This document shows positions 49,031 through 58,787 of a stretch of DNA of 64,000 nt, piece after piece. The position numbers and the translations under genes are program-made. Every line of letters begins with the position of its first letter. Position 1 is the stretch's first letter. The notes beneath the pieces are model-generated. The model ran no database searches. It saw only the letters and a list, made by a program, of their open reading frames with translations, and was not told the origin of the DNA. The DNA is from an uncultured Pseudomonadota bacterium (GTDB lineage: Bacteria; Pseudomonadota; Alphaproteobacteria; UBA9219), in assembly GCA_903920205.1 (NCBI GenBank), contig CAIXLI010000063.1:7913-71912 (forward strand). The letters run 5' to 3'.

Positions 49031-49905
49031 CCCAATCTCGCGCCATGCTCTGCGCTTTGGCGGGTTTCTTTGCGTGGGTTGTCGTCGATGTTGCCATTAA
49101 GCTTGGCGCTCAGGGACAGGCTGCTCTTTCACCCTTCGTGATTATGGCTGTGCTGGGGACATTCGGCGCGGCGAGTCTTGTCGCGTCAACCCTCATCCGG
49201 CGCAAAGCAGCCCTGTTGCGCCCCAGAAGCTTGCGCGAACAAGCCCTTATAGCCATGTGCGCGATTAGCATTAATTACACCAACGTCATATCCCTTAAAC
49301 ATCTTCCTTTGACGATGTTTTACGTTGTCGTCTTTACAATACCGCTGATGATCGCGGTACTTTCGGCGGTGCTGAAACATGAAATCCTGACGCCCCTTAA
49401 AATCGTTTGCCTGATAACAGGGTTTTTGGGTGCTGCCCTTGCCATTGGCGTCCACGGCGGCGGCGGAGATTGGATCGGCTATTTAGCTGCTTTTATCAGC
49501 GTTTCCTCCTTTGCGACCTACACGATCTTGATGCGGAAGATATCTCAAACCGATACCGTCGAAAGCACCCAGTTTATCAATGCGTTATGCGTGGGCACTG
49601 TCGGCATTGTGGGGGCGCTGTCGCAATCCTCAGCCGCGCCAGTGGGCTGGGCGCTGGCGATTATGATCGTCGCAGGCGGTATCAATGTTTTGGGCAATGT
49701 TCTTTACAACACGGCGTTGCAAAATACGGCTTCGACCAATGTCGCGCAGCTTCACTACACGCAGATCATCTCCGGCGCGATTTTCGGGTATTTTCTCTGG
49801 CACGAAATTCCGACATGGAATCTGATTGCGGGATCGATCCTGATTATCGCCGCTGGCATGATCGTCGCCGGACAGGTGCGAAAGAATAACGGAACGGCGA
49901 GTTAA
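49027..49905 (+). CDS. DMT/EamA family transporter
   Basis: About 10 TM segments arranged as two EamA-like repeats. Confidence 0.88.
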   Translation: MTQSRAMLCALAGFFAWVVVDVAIKLGAQGQAALSPFVIMAVLGTFGAASLVASTLIRRKAALLRPRSLREQALIAMCAISINYTNVISLKHLPLTMFYVVVFTIPLMIAVLSAVLKHEILTPLKIVCLITGFLGAALAIGVHGGGGDWIGYLAAFISVSSFATYTILMRKISQTDTVESTQFINALCVGTVGIVGALSQSSAAPVGWALAIMIVAGGINVLGNVLYNTALQNTASTNVAQLHYTQIISGAIFGYFLWHEIPTWNLIAGSILIIAAGMIVAGQVRKNNGTAS

Positions 49906-50483
49906 ACCTTGCCGACCTTCGCCGCATACTCCGCGCTATTCCCCTTCAGCATAAGATCGAACGAGTCCGCCAGCGCAGGAAGCAAACGTTCCAGCCAGAC
50001 TTTATCCGATTTGGCAAAAGGATTAAGGACGTAAGAAGTCACGGCGTCGCCTTTGACCGCTTCGCCTTGCTCGGTCATCGGCCTGCCGATACCAAGGCGC
50101 ACGCGCCAGTAATTTTGTCCGATATGGGCGTCCAAAGATTTTAATCCGTTATGACCGCCAGCTCCGCCGCCCTGCTTGACCTTAACCTGCCCCGCCGACA
50201 AGTCGAGATCGTCGTGGAAAACAATCACCTGCTCCGGCAAAAAATCATAAAAACGCAGAGCCTCGCCCGCCGCTTCGCCGGACAAATTCATAAAAGTCTG
50301 GGGTTTTAAAAGCAGAAAATCGTCGGCGTTCGTGATAAGCCCGCGAAATTTTTTCTTCCATGCCGGGCAGTGATATCGCGCGGCAATCTCGTCCACGGCA
50401 AAAAAGCCAATATTGTGTCGGGTGCGGGCATAATCTTCGCCCGGATTGCCGAGGCCGATAACAAGATGGGAAAAAGAAGGCAT
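49902..50483 (-). CDS. pth: peptidyl-tRNA hydrolase
   Basis: GLGNPG, TRHNIGF, KPQTFMNLSG, HDDLD and GGHNGLKS motifs. Confidence 0.97.
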   Translation of the reverse strand: MPSFSHLVIGLGNPGEDYARTRHNIGFFAVDEIAARYHCPAWKKKFRGLITNADDFLLLKPQTFMNLSGEAAGEALRFYDFLPEQVIVFHDDLDLSAGQVKVKQGGGAGGHNGLKSLDAHIGQNYWRVRLGIGRPMTEQGEAVKGDAVTSYVLNPFAKSDKVWLERLLPALADSFDLMLKGNSAEYAAKVGKV

Positions 50484-50494
50484 GAATAAACAGG

Positions 50495-50536
50495 AAAAAA
50501 AGAGTAGGGGGCAGGAAAATTTCCCGCCCCCCGCTC
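50495..50536 (-). terminator. putative terminator after rplY
   Basis: Minus strand GAGCGGGGGGCGGGAA...TTCCTGCCCCCTACTC followed by a T-run. Confidence 0.6.
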
Positions 50537-50542
50537 GATACG

Positions 50543-51259
50543 TTACTTCTTGGCTTCTGGCTTTTTCGCCGCCGCCGCAGGAGCTGCCGCCGCGCCAGCC
50601 GCAGGAGCCGCCGCCGCGCCAGCCGCAGGAGCCGCTGCTGCCGCAGCAGGAGTCGCAGCAGCCGAGGCCGCCGCTTCGTTTTCTGAACGAACAGCCGAAG
50701 GCACCGCGATCGTGGCGATGGTGAAATCCTTTTCGTGCGTCGTCAGTTTGATGTCCTTGGACAGGTTCAACGCGCTTAAATGGATGGCGTCGTTGATCTG
50801 CAAACCTTCCAAGCTGACTTCAAAGCGAGCTGGGATCTTGTCGGGAGCGCACATGATTTCGATTTCATGATGAACAACGTTCAACGTGCCGCCACGCTTG
50901 ATGCCGGGCGATTTTTCCGCGTTTAGGAACGCGACGGGAACAGCGACGCGAACGCGGGTATTGGCGGAAACGCGCAGAAAATCGACATGCAACGGACGGT
51001 CGGAAACGGGATCAAACTGAACATCGCGGGGAAGAACGCGGAACTTCTTGCCGTCGATTTCAAGATCGAAAAGGCGGGTCAGAAAACCGGCGGCTTCCAA
51101 TTGGCGAACCAGAATCTTGCTTTCCAGCGAGATCAAAGCGGGGGCTTGCTTGTCGCCGTAAATCACGGCCGGCACATGACCGCTGTTGCGGATCGCGCTA
51201 ACGGCGCCTTTGGTGGTCTTGGTGCGCGCGGCAGCGGCAAGGGATGTAACTTGGGTCAT
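50543..51259 (-). CDS. rplY: 50S ribosomal protein L25/Ctc
   Basis: VPAVIYG, RDVQFDPV, HVDFLR and SPGIKRGG motifs; Ala/Pro tail. Confidence 0.96.
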   Translation of the reverse strand: MTQVTSLAAAARTKTTKGAVSAIRNSGHVPAVIYGDKQAPALISLESKILVRQLEAAGFLTRLFDLEIDGKKFRVLPRDVQFDPVSDRPLHVDFLRVSANTRVRVAVPVAFLNAEKSPGIKRGGTLNVVHHEIEIMCAPDKIPARFEVSLEGLQINDAIHLSALNLSKDIKLTTHEKDFTIATIAVPSAVRSENEAAASAAATPAAAAAAPAAGAAAAPAAGAAAAPAAAAKKPEAKK

Positions 51260-51554
51260 TCTTCTCTCCATGTAAGCCGTCGGCTGCTGAATGAAAGAGA
51301 AGCTGCGAGAGGACGAGAAAACAAAAGCTTTGTTTCCCGCGCGTTCGTGGCCGCCCCCTGACAACACAACCAAAATCCGGCGTTTGATTAAAGTCGGCCT
51401 CCAGGGGTGCCGACCATTGCGGAGCAGGAGATAGCAGAGAAAGCTAAGGATTGGCGAGTCTTTTTTCCTGTTTTTGGGCAGACAGGGGCCAATGACAAAA
51501 GCCGCAGCCCCCATCTATCCTTGTAGGGGCCCGGATTCATAGGAAAAAAAGAGG

Positions 51555-52019
51555 TTAGCCTGTTGGTCCAGCGTCGACGGCAGTCGGCATTGCGGCCTTT
51601 ATCTCGCCCCTTTGGTTGGGGCGCTTACGGCTTTCACGCGCATTTTTCAACACGGCGAGGATTCCCTGCACGCTGTCGGATGGGGTTGCCTTGATACCCA
51701 CATCCTCAAACCAAAAGGTTACAGGAGCGCCTTGCAAAGTTTTGCTGAGACGAATAGCAGCATCCGCAACTTCGTCCGCCGTATACCCTTCCGCTGGTTC
51801 CCATAGGGCTGCTTTAATGATCTTGTCGCCGTCATTTGGGCCCCGTGTAACGTGCAAAAATATAAGTAGACCTTCCGATTGACTGGCTTCCGCCAATTCG
51901 TCTGGCGTAACAACCTCATAAAGCTTATCCAAAATTTCTTTCACCTGACTATCGTCTTTCGGTAGCAGGGAAAGAATCCTCACGACCGAACCTGTCTGCA
52001 GTAAATTCATGGGGGGCAT
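51555..52019 (-). CDS. hypothetical protein (orphan between prs and rplY)
   Basis: ORF from ATG 52019 with a purine-rich RBS; no motif recognised. Confidence 0.6.
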   Translation of the reverse strand: MPPMNLLQTGSVVRILSLLPKDDSQVKEILDKLYEVVTPDELAEASQSEGLLIFLHVTRGPNDGDKIIKAALWEPAEGYTADEVADAAIRLSKTLQGAPVTFWFEDVGIKATPSDSVQGILAVLKNARESRKRPNQRGEIKAAMPTAVDAGPTG

Positions 52020-52148
52020 GTGTTTCTTTCTAAAATTAGTGCGTATAAAAAAACTAAGCGCGCAAGAAAACTCGCCGCCTATTGTAGCAATGAACACAGC
52101 GGGCGCTTTGACATGCCTCAGTCTATAATAATTCTGAAATTTTCGTCC

Positions 52149-53096
52149 TTAACCAAACAAACTAGAAACAGACCGTTCTTGGTTAATGCGAATAATCGCT
52201 TCAGCCAGCAAAGGCGCGACGCTGATCTGTTTAATTTTGGGTGAGGCGATAACGTCGGGCGTTGCTTCGATGGAATCCGTAATAATCAAATGCTCCATCG
52301 GCGATTTATTAACGCGGTCGATTGCCGCGCCCGACAAAACGCCGTGCGAAACATAGGCGGTAACGGTCTTCGCGCCCGCCGCTTTCAGCGCTCCGGCGGC
52401 GTTGCACAAAGTTCCGGCGCTATCGGCGATATCGTCCAACATAATGCAATCGCGGCCTTCGACGTCGCCGATAATGTTCATAACTTCGGATTCGCCAACT
52501 TTTTCGCGGCGTTTATCGATAATCGCTAACCCCGCATCCAATTTTTTCGCCATCGCGCGCGCGCGCACGACGCCGCCGACATCGGGGGACACTACCGTTA
52601 ATCCTTCCGGCAATTTGCCCTGCACCGACAGATTATCGCGCACATGACGCACAAAAACGGGGCCGACGAAAAGGTTATCAACCGGAATATCGAAAAAGCC
52701 CTGAATCTGACCCGCATGCAGATCAAGCGTTAAAACGCGGTTTGCCCCTGCCGTCGTAATGATATTGGCGACCAGTTTAGCCGTAATCGGCGACCGTGAG
52801 CTTGTTTTGCGATCCTGCCGTGCATAACCGAAATAGGGCATAACGGCGGTAATGCGGCGCGCCGAAGCGCGGCGCAGCGTGTCGATCATTACCAAAAGTT
52901 CCATAAGCGTGTCGTTGGCGGGAAAAGACGTCGGCTGAATGATAAAGACATCCTCGCCACGCACATTTTCAAGAACCTCAAAGAAAATCTCCATATCCGC
53001 GAAGTGCCGGATAGAGGCGTGAGCCAAAGAAGTGCCCAGATTCTGCGCGATAGCCTCAGCCAAAGGCCGGTTGCTGTTACCCGCGATAAGCTTCAT
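52149..53096 (-). CDS. prs: ribose-phosphate pyrophosphokinase
   Basis: [33 protein letters not shown] and DDIADSAGT motifs. Confidence 0.98.
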   Translation of the reverse strand: MKLIAGNSNRPLAEAIAQNLGTSLAHASIRHFADMEIFFEVLENVRGEDVFIIQPTSFPANDTLMELLVMIDTLRRASARRITAVMPYFGYARQDRKTSSRSPITAKLVANIITTAGANRVLTLDLHAGQIQGFFDIPVDNLFVGPVFVRHVRDNLSVQGKLPEGLTVVSPDVGGVVRARAMAKKLDAGLAIIDKRREKVGESEVMNIIGDVEGRDCIMLDDIADSAGTLCNAAGALKAAGAKTVTAYVSHGVLSGAAIDRVNKSPMEHLIITDSIEATPDVIASPKIKQISVAPLLAEAIIRINQERSVSSLFG

Positions 53097-53209
53097 GGCA
53101 CGTTCCTTATATATAGGTGATTATGGGCGAGGGTATATCAGCGCGGGCGCGGCGTGTAAAGGCGAGGATGCTTCAGGAACAAACATCGGCGAAAGAGGAG
53201 AATATCTAT

Positions 53210-53234
53210 TATTTACTTTCACGGGGGTATGTTA
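53210..53234 (+). promoter_or_regulatory. shared upstream motif TATTTACTTTCA-N5-GTATGTTA, copy 2
   Basis: 20 of 25 positions identical to 38609-38633. Confidence 0.5.
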
Positions 53235-53302
53235 TATTCGGCCATTCGCACAAGGCGGCATAGTATTTAATAATAAGGCAATAATGTATGGGGGGACATG
53301 TA

Positions 53303-53740
53303 ATGTCGGAACAAGAATTATTTATTGAGGCTAGACAAACTCTGCCTGTAAGCGGCCTCAGCTGGTTGGGGCGTTTTTCCCCGCGTGTAGAGACGGGCTC
53401 TAAAATGATTTCTGTGCGGAGTATTAACTGTATCGTAAAAGGACGCGTTATTGAGAGCGGTTCGAAGATAAGCAATGAGCCTCTCCACGAGCATCAAGCA
53501 AGGCGTGTAGATGACGACAAATCCGTGCTTGAAAAGATGAAAAAGGCTGGGTTAGCGGTTTTTAGCGTGAACGCGGATACTTATGTGAATCTCAATCAAG
53601 TCAGGAGCATTGTGCCTGAACGGGAACGCGCGCAGATAGTTTTTTGTGATGGACAGAGCTTGAATACGGAAATGCCCTTTGAGCGCGCTCGTTCCAAGTT
53701 TGTAGCAACGACAACTCAGTCCAAGGCCGTGCCAACTTAA
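53303..53740 (+). CDS. hypothetical protein, possible degenerate LytTR-like C terminus
   Basis: TYVNLNQVRSI...IVFCDGQSL resembles the LytTR beta-strand pattern. Confidence 0.55.
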   Translation: MSEQELFIEARQTLPVSGLSWLGRFSPRVETGSKMISVRSINCIVKGRVIESGSKISNEPLHEHQARRVDDDKSVLEKMKKAGLAVFSVNADTYVNLNQVRSIVPERERAQIVFCDGQSLNTEMPFERARSKFVATTTQSKAVPT

Positions 53741-53924
53741 GCCACAAGCTCACCAAGCAGAATGTTGTGGGGGGCGGCTCTTGCGATGTCTTGGATTGTC
53801 GATTAATGCTTGACCATTGCCTCGGCACCGCGTATGAGTCCCGCCTTCGCGCTAAGAAACCCTTTATACGGGCGGCGCGGCAAGCAACTGCATTAAGTTA
53901 ACTACGGAATTTGGGAATATCGTT

Positions 53925-54194
53925 ATGGCCAACCATAAATCTGCCGAAAAGCGCGCACGTCAAACTGTGAAGCGCAATGAAATCAACCGCTCGCGCCGTT
54001 CTGCGATCCGCACTGTCGTTAAGGCAGCGGAAGCCGCAGCCGTTTCGGGCGATGCCGCTGCCGCATTGACGGCGCAACGCAAAGCCGAATCCGCTCTGGC
54101 AAAAGGCGCATCACGCGGAACGTTGCACTGGAAAACAGCGGCGCGCAAAACGTCGCGTCTCGCCAAGCGCGCGAAGGCTGCCAAGAAAGCGTAA
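53925..54194 (+). CDS. rpsT: 30S ribosomal protein S20
   Basis: [13 protein letters not shown]...N...S.IRT..K...H.KTAARK.SRL. Confidence 0.97.
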   Translation: MANHKSAEKRARQTVKRNEINRSRRSAIRTVVKAAEAAAVSGDAAAALTAQRKAESALAKGASRGTLHWKTAARKTSRLAKRAKAAKKA

Positions 54195-54226
54195 CAACTT
54201 CCCGTTTTTTGTTCGCTTAAGAATTA

Positions 54227-54260
54227 TCGCCGCGCATCAAAATGCGCGGCGAATTTTTTT
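54227..54260 (+). terminator. intrinsic terminator of rpsT
   Basis: TCGCCGCGCAT-CAAA-ATGCGCGGCGA followed by ATTTTTTT. Confidence 0.85.
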
Positions 54261-54444
54261 GTCTTCTTTTTCATTTTTTTTCATCACAAATTTTCGCACA
54301 ACAGTGCAATGTGAATCCTTAAAAAAATCGGACGAGGTTAATGCGCCAGAAAACGAAAAAGATGCGCGCACTCTTCGGTGTGTATGCGACGAAAATTTTT
54401 TTGGCGAAGCAAGAAATATTTTTATCACGTTCCCTCTTCGGACC

Positions 54445-54453
54445 TGTGGACAA
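54445..54453 (-). promoter_or_regulatory. DnaA-box-like site upstream of dnaA
   Basis: TTGTCCACA on the minus strand, one mismatch from TTATCCACA. Confidence 0.45.
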
Positions 54454-54701
54454 AGACGTAAGGTTTGATCTATGGTCGAGTTGTCTTCTGGTTATGAGTT
54501 TCATCGTGAATGCGGATCGAAAAAATATGAGAAGCTATCAATCACACCGTATCAACGATTCTTATACGCCAAAGCTCGTCGCCGCCTTCTGCGCGACACG
54601 TCCCCTTACTTAGTTCTTTTTGCGAAACCCCGAAGAATCTTTCTTCGGGCTGTGCGATATCTTTTGCTTTTCGGCAAGTCAGTTCGATCCATGGAGTTGT
54701 G

Positions 54702-56147
54702 ATGAAGGTTCAGGCAGCAAGCGCGGTCTCGGAAGATATGGGTGCGATCTCCCCAACGGCGTGGGATGATGTGCGCACGGCGTTGCGCGATCGTTTCGGC
54801 GAAACCGCGTATCGCCGCTGGCTTGAGCCGATGACCAACGACATTGTGTGCGATGCTTCTGGCGTCCATCATGCGACCATGATTTTGCCGACCCGTTTTA
54901 TGCGCGACTGGGTCGAAGCGCATTACGGCGACATGATCCGTTCCCTGTGGCAGCAAAATTCTCCGCGCGGCAATGTTTCTTTCTCTGTCATGTCGCCGTT
55001 GGCCAAAGCGGCGCAGGCCAAGAGCGCGATCGATACAGCGGCTACGGCCCCCATCGCGCCTTTGGGACGCGCTCTGGCTCCGGCTCAGGCTTCGTCTTCC
55101 TCTTCCTCGGGATTTGCCGGAGATTTGTCCGCTGATCTTGATCCGCGTTTTACCTTTGATAATTTCGTCGTCGGTAAACCGAACGAATTGGCTTATGCCG
55201 CCGCGCGCCGCGTTGCCGACACGGAAAACCCCGCCTTCAATCCGCTGTTCCTTTATGGCGGCGTCGGTTTGGGCAAGACCCATTTGATGCACGCCATCGC
55301 CTGGCATATACGCACGAATTATCCGCATCGCCGCGTCATCTATATGTCGGCGGAAAAATTTATGTATCAGTTCGTGCGCGCGCTGCGTTTCAAAGACACG
55401 GTTTCGTTCAAGGAACAATTTCGCTCTGTCGACGTCCTGATGATCGACGATGTGCAATTCATCGGCGGCAAAGACACGACGCAGGAAGAATTCTTCCATA
55501 CCTTTAACGCGCTGGTCGACCGCAACCGCCAAGTGATCGTCTCCGCCGACAAATCGCCCCAAGATCTTGACCGCATGGAAGAACGTCTGCGCTCGCGCCT
55601 CGGCTGGGGGCTTGTCGCCGATTTGCATCCGGTCAATTACGAATTGCGCTTAGGCATTCTGCACGCTAAGGCGGACAAGCTCGGCTGCCCCGTGCCGGAC
55701 AAGGTGATGGAATTCCTCGCCCACAAAATCGCGTCGAATGTGCGCGAACTTGAAGGCGCACTGAACCGCATCGTCGCGCACGCCCAATTGGTAGGCCGCA
55801 CGATCTCGCTGGAAATGACGCAGGAAGTTCTCGCCGATATGCTCCGCGCTTCCGAACGTCGCGTCACGATTGACGAAATTCAAAAGAAAGTCGCGGAACA
55901 TTACAATGTCCGCGTCGCCGACATGCATTCCGCCCGCCGCGCCCGCGCCGTAGCGCGTCCGCGTCAGGTGGCGATGTATCTGGCGAAACAACTAACTCCG
56001 CGCTCTCTGCCGGAAATCGGCCGTAAATTCGGTGGACGCGACCACACCACCGTTATCCACGCCGTCCGCAAGATCGAAGAACTCTCAGCCTACGACGCAG
56101 CCTTCCGCGAAGACGTCGAATTGCTAAGGCGTTTGCTCCAGAATTAA
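54702..56147 (+). CDS. dnaA: chromosomal replication initiator DnaA
   Basis: FTFDNFVVG, NPLFLYGGVGLGKTHL, IDDVQF, SNVRELEGAL and GGRDHTTVIHA motifs. Confidence 0.98.
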   Translation: MKVQAASAVSEDMGAISPTAWDDVRTALRDRFGETAYRRWLEPMTNDIVCDASGVHHATMILPTRFMRDWVEAHYGDMIRSLWQQNSPRGNVSFSVMSPLAKAAQAKSAIDTAATAPIAPLGRALAPAQASSSSSSGFAGDLSADLDPRFTFDNFVVGKPNELAYAAARRVADTENPAFNPLFLYGGVGLGKTHLMHAIAWHIRTNYPHRRVIYMSAEKFMYQFVRALRFKDTVSFKEQFRSVDVLMIDDVQFIGGKDTTQEEFFHTFNALVDRNRQVIVSADKSPQDLDRMEERLRSRLGWGLVADLHPVNYELRLGILHAKADKLGCPVPDKVMEFLAHKIASNVRELEGALNRIVAHAQLVGRTISLEMTQEVLADMLRASERRVTIDEIQKKVAEHYNVRVADMHSARRARAVARPRQVAMYLAKQLTPRSLPEIGRKFGGRDHTTVIHAVRKIEELSAYDAAFREDVELLRRLLQN

Positions 56148-56764
56148 GAAAACTGCGGCGTTGGGATCCCTGCGTACCATTTCAGCAAAGAGGTCGTTAT
56201 CTCTGGCTGCGAGGGGGGCGGCTTCGGCAACCCGATCTGTGCAGCTGCCTTTAAAACGTTGGTCAAAATTCCCTCCGACACGTCATCGGACAATATCTTA
56301 ACATAAAGAGGGGGAAGTGCTGGCTTAAATCCAGCGTTTTCCCTATTCACGGATTTTAGCGCCTGCTTCCAATCGTCAAGCAGATACCCGTTCTTGAAAA
56401 AAGAAACGCTATTTGCCACCCACGGGGCGCGCCACAAACGAGCTATAACGGACTCTTCATGCTCAGATTTATGGAACAAGGACTCGTTCTTCGTATTATT
56501 AAGGGCTTGCAAACGCCCAATGGGCGCGGTCAAGATGCCTGCCAACTCGGGCCCAAGTTTGATCAAGGGGACAAGTTGCTCAGCCGTTAGCTTGGTTTGG
56601 ACAACGGCATCGTTTTGTTGACACGCATTTCCGAACACAGCCTCTGAATTCTGGAATAGGTCTCTAGTAATTATGCCGATACCATTATGGGGGCTCAAAG
56701 TCAGGACGACATGCTCATCGGCAGTAAAAAGATATAAACTATCGTTGTGAAAAGACTTAGGCAT
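56144..56764 (-). CDS. hypothetical protein (orphan)
   Basis: 206-aa ORF with an AGAGGA RBS; convergent with dnaA; Pro-rich C terminus. Confidence 0.65.
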   Translation of the reverse strand: MPKSFHNDSLYLFTADEHVVLTLSPHNGIGIITRDLFQNSEAVFGNACQQNDAVVQTKLTAEQLVPLIKLGPELAGILTAPIGRLQALNNTKNESLFHKSEHEESVIARLWRAPWVANSVSFFKNGYLLDDWKQALKSVNRENAGFKPALPPLYVKILSDDVSEGILTNVLKAAAQIGLPKPPPSQPEITTSLLKWYAGIPTPQFS

Positions 56765-56948
56765 TGGAATCCTCTAAAAATGTGTGGGGTTTCAAAAACT
56801 CAAGGCTTCTATACCTCCTGTTTTCTGCAAGTAAAAGCCAAATCATCCCTGGAAAAGAAAAAAACTTCGCTGCATACCCGCGCAAAGCAAAACTTCCCAA
56901 ACAATACGATTTTCCCAAGTTGTCGTGTCGGCGCGGAAGAGACAAGCT

Positions 56949-57359
56949 TTATTTCACCCCCACCAGCATTGGCATCGCAAACACATATAAACAGCTAAAG
57001 CTGGCGATGGTTAAAACCAGATAGGTCAGCTGTGCGCCAAGGAAACGCAGGGCGTCCGAGTTGCGCGTATGGTTGCTTCCAAAAGCATGCATCAAGCGGG
57101 CGGTAACTAAAAGGGATCCCAATGCATGCAGGGCAAAGGTAGGAGCGCCGCTCGCTTCGACCAGCCCGATCAAAAAAAGCGTTAACGGCACATAATCCGT
57201 AAAGCTTGAGACTAAAGCCTCGGCGCGGCGCAAATCGGGGTCGCTTTGCTTGCCCTGACCTGCGGCATGAACCCAGCTTTTCATCATGTTAAAAGAAAGG
57301 ACGACCAGCAAAAGGCCAAGAAGACCAGCATAAAGTAGGACAATATGAACAGAGGCCAT
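56949..57359 (-). CDS. MAPEG family membrane protein
   Basis: YAGLLGLL...F.DYVP..L.L..LVE...LH.LG..L..AR.MHA.G pattern. Confidence 0.8.
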   Translation of the reverse strand: MASVHIVLLYAGLLGLLLVVLSFNMMKSWVHAAGQGKQSDPDLRRAEALVSSFTDYVPLTLFLIGLVEASGAPTFALHALGSLLVTARLMHAFGSNHTRNSDALRFLGAQLTYLVLTIASFSCLYVFAMPMLVGVK

Positions 57360-57599
57360 GAAACCCTCCTTAACAAGGTTAATCCCGCTCTTTCCGTGCA
57401 AGAACGGGGTTTGACGCAACAATCTCGCCCGTCTGACAGGCTAGACAAGACAAAAAAAGGCCGCAAAACCGTCTCTCGGTTTTTATTGTTACAAGGGCTT
57501 GAATAACACAAGAAACTGACGGTATAAACCTACTATTAACTTTCATGTGGTCAAACAATAAGATTGGATAAATTGGTTTGTCTGATTTGGGGATGTTCT

Positions 57600-58787
57600 T
57601 TGCTGTACATACTGCCTAATTGCCGGGTTAGCCCGGTTTCACGCACCCTCTTGATGGCTAGTGCCTTGCTGGCTTTTTCGGGGGCGCCTTTTTCTGCGCA
57701 TGCTGCGAATGGCAGCGCCGTTTCTGACGCCATAGCCACGTTGTCGGCGCAGCCCACGGGGCAGGGGCGAGCATCCACCTATCCTTCTTCTGCCACGCCA
57801 GCGGCTCCGGTGGTATCGCCTTCATCAGCGGGGGCTCTACCGTCAGCAGTCCCTTCAAGCTCTTCCGGCATTGATATTCCTTCGCCGCCGCCGCCCTCGG
57901 CTTTTTCTTCAGACGCCAACCAACTCGCTGTTCAGGCAGAACAAGCCGCACTGCAAGCGCAAGCGCAGGCCGATAATGACGAACACAAGCGCGAACAGGA
58001 GCATAGCTCTAAATCCTTTGATAAGGCCGAACGCGGATTGATGCCTATGTCTCCCGACCAGGTGCGCGAACTTATGCGCCGGCTCGAACAAACGCAGTCA
58101 GCGGCGCAGATTCCTTATGCAGGTCCGCCCAAGGGACAAACGCGTGTTTCCACCTTGTCCCTCGATCCCGGTGTCGAGCCTCCGCAGATTAATCTTAACT
58201 CCGGCTATGTCACGACGATAGCGATGGTCGATGCGACGGGTGAACCATGGCCTATTTTGGATGTCGGCGTCGGAGGTAATTTCGAAGTTTCTCCGACTCA
58301 GGCAGGAACGCATGTCGTTCGCGTCATGCCTTTGACCCGCATGGGGACAGGCGATCTGTCCGTTTTGCTCAAGGACTTGCCGACGCCGGTCATTTTCCGT
58401 CTTTCGTCAGGCGGTCCTAACGTCGACCTCCGCTATGACGCGCGTATCGGCAAAATGGGCCCTGGCGCCAAGCCGCAGATCATTAGCCGCCCACGCCTTG
58501 AAGCGGGCGATGAGACATTGACGTTGCTTCTTGAAAATGCACCACCGAATGCCGCTAAACGTGTCAAGGTTAGCGGGCTTGATTCCAGAACTAAAGCCTG
58601 GTCTATCGGCGACAAAGTATATGTGCGCACGCCCCTCAGCCTGCTGTCTCCTGCGTGGAATGCCAGTGTGGCCTCGGCGGACGGCACGACGGTTTATGAG
58701 ATAGGCTCTGCGCCCGTTCTTTTAATGTCCGATAATGGCGCTATGGTGCGCGCCCAGATTTCGCGGGACGAAGATCATGACAAATAA
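57600..58787 (+). CDS. icmK: type IVB secretion outer-membrane core protein IcmK/DotH (TraN-like)
   Basis: Signal peptide; PMSPDQVREL; GYVTTIAMVDATGEPWPI; LKDLPTPV; VDLRYDARI..GP.A; AW...VYVRT..LLSPAW. Start uncertain (57564-57653). Confidence 0.9.
   Translation: MLYILPNCRVSPVSRTLLMASALLAFSGAPFSAHAANGSAVSDAIATLSAQPTGQGRASTYPSSATPAAPVVSPSSAGALPSAVPSSSSGIDIPSPPPPSAFSSDANQLAVQAEQAALQAQAQADNDEHKREQEHSSKSFDKAERGLMPMSPDQVRELMRRLEQTQSAAQIPYAGPPKGQTRVSTLSLDPGVEPPQINLNSGYVTTIAMVDATGEPWPILDVGVGGNFEVSPTQAGTHVVRVMPLTRMGTGDLSVLLKDLPTPVIFRLSSGGPNVDLRYDARIGKMGPGAKPQIISRPRLEAGDETLTLLLENAPPNAAKRVKVSGLDSRTKAWSIGDKVYVRTPLSLLSPAWNASVASADGTTVYEIGSAPVLLMSDNGAMVRAQISRDEDHDK

Noticed and set aside
52108..52129. Perfect TTGACA and TATAAT hexamers
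   Set aside because: The spacer is only 10 nt and they point antisense into prs.
54606..55628. 340-aa minus-strand ORF
   Set aside because: Antisense shadow of dnaA.
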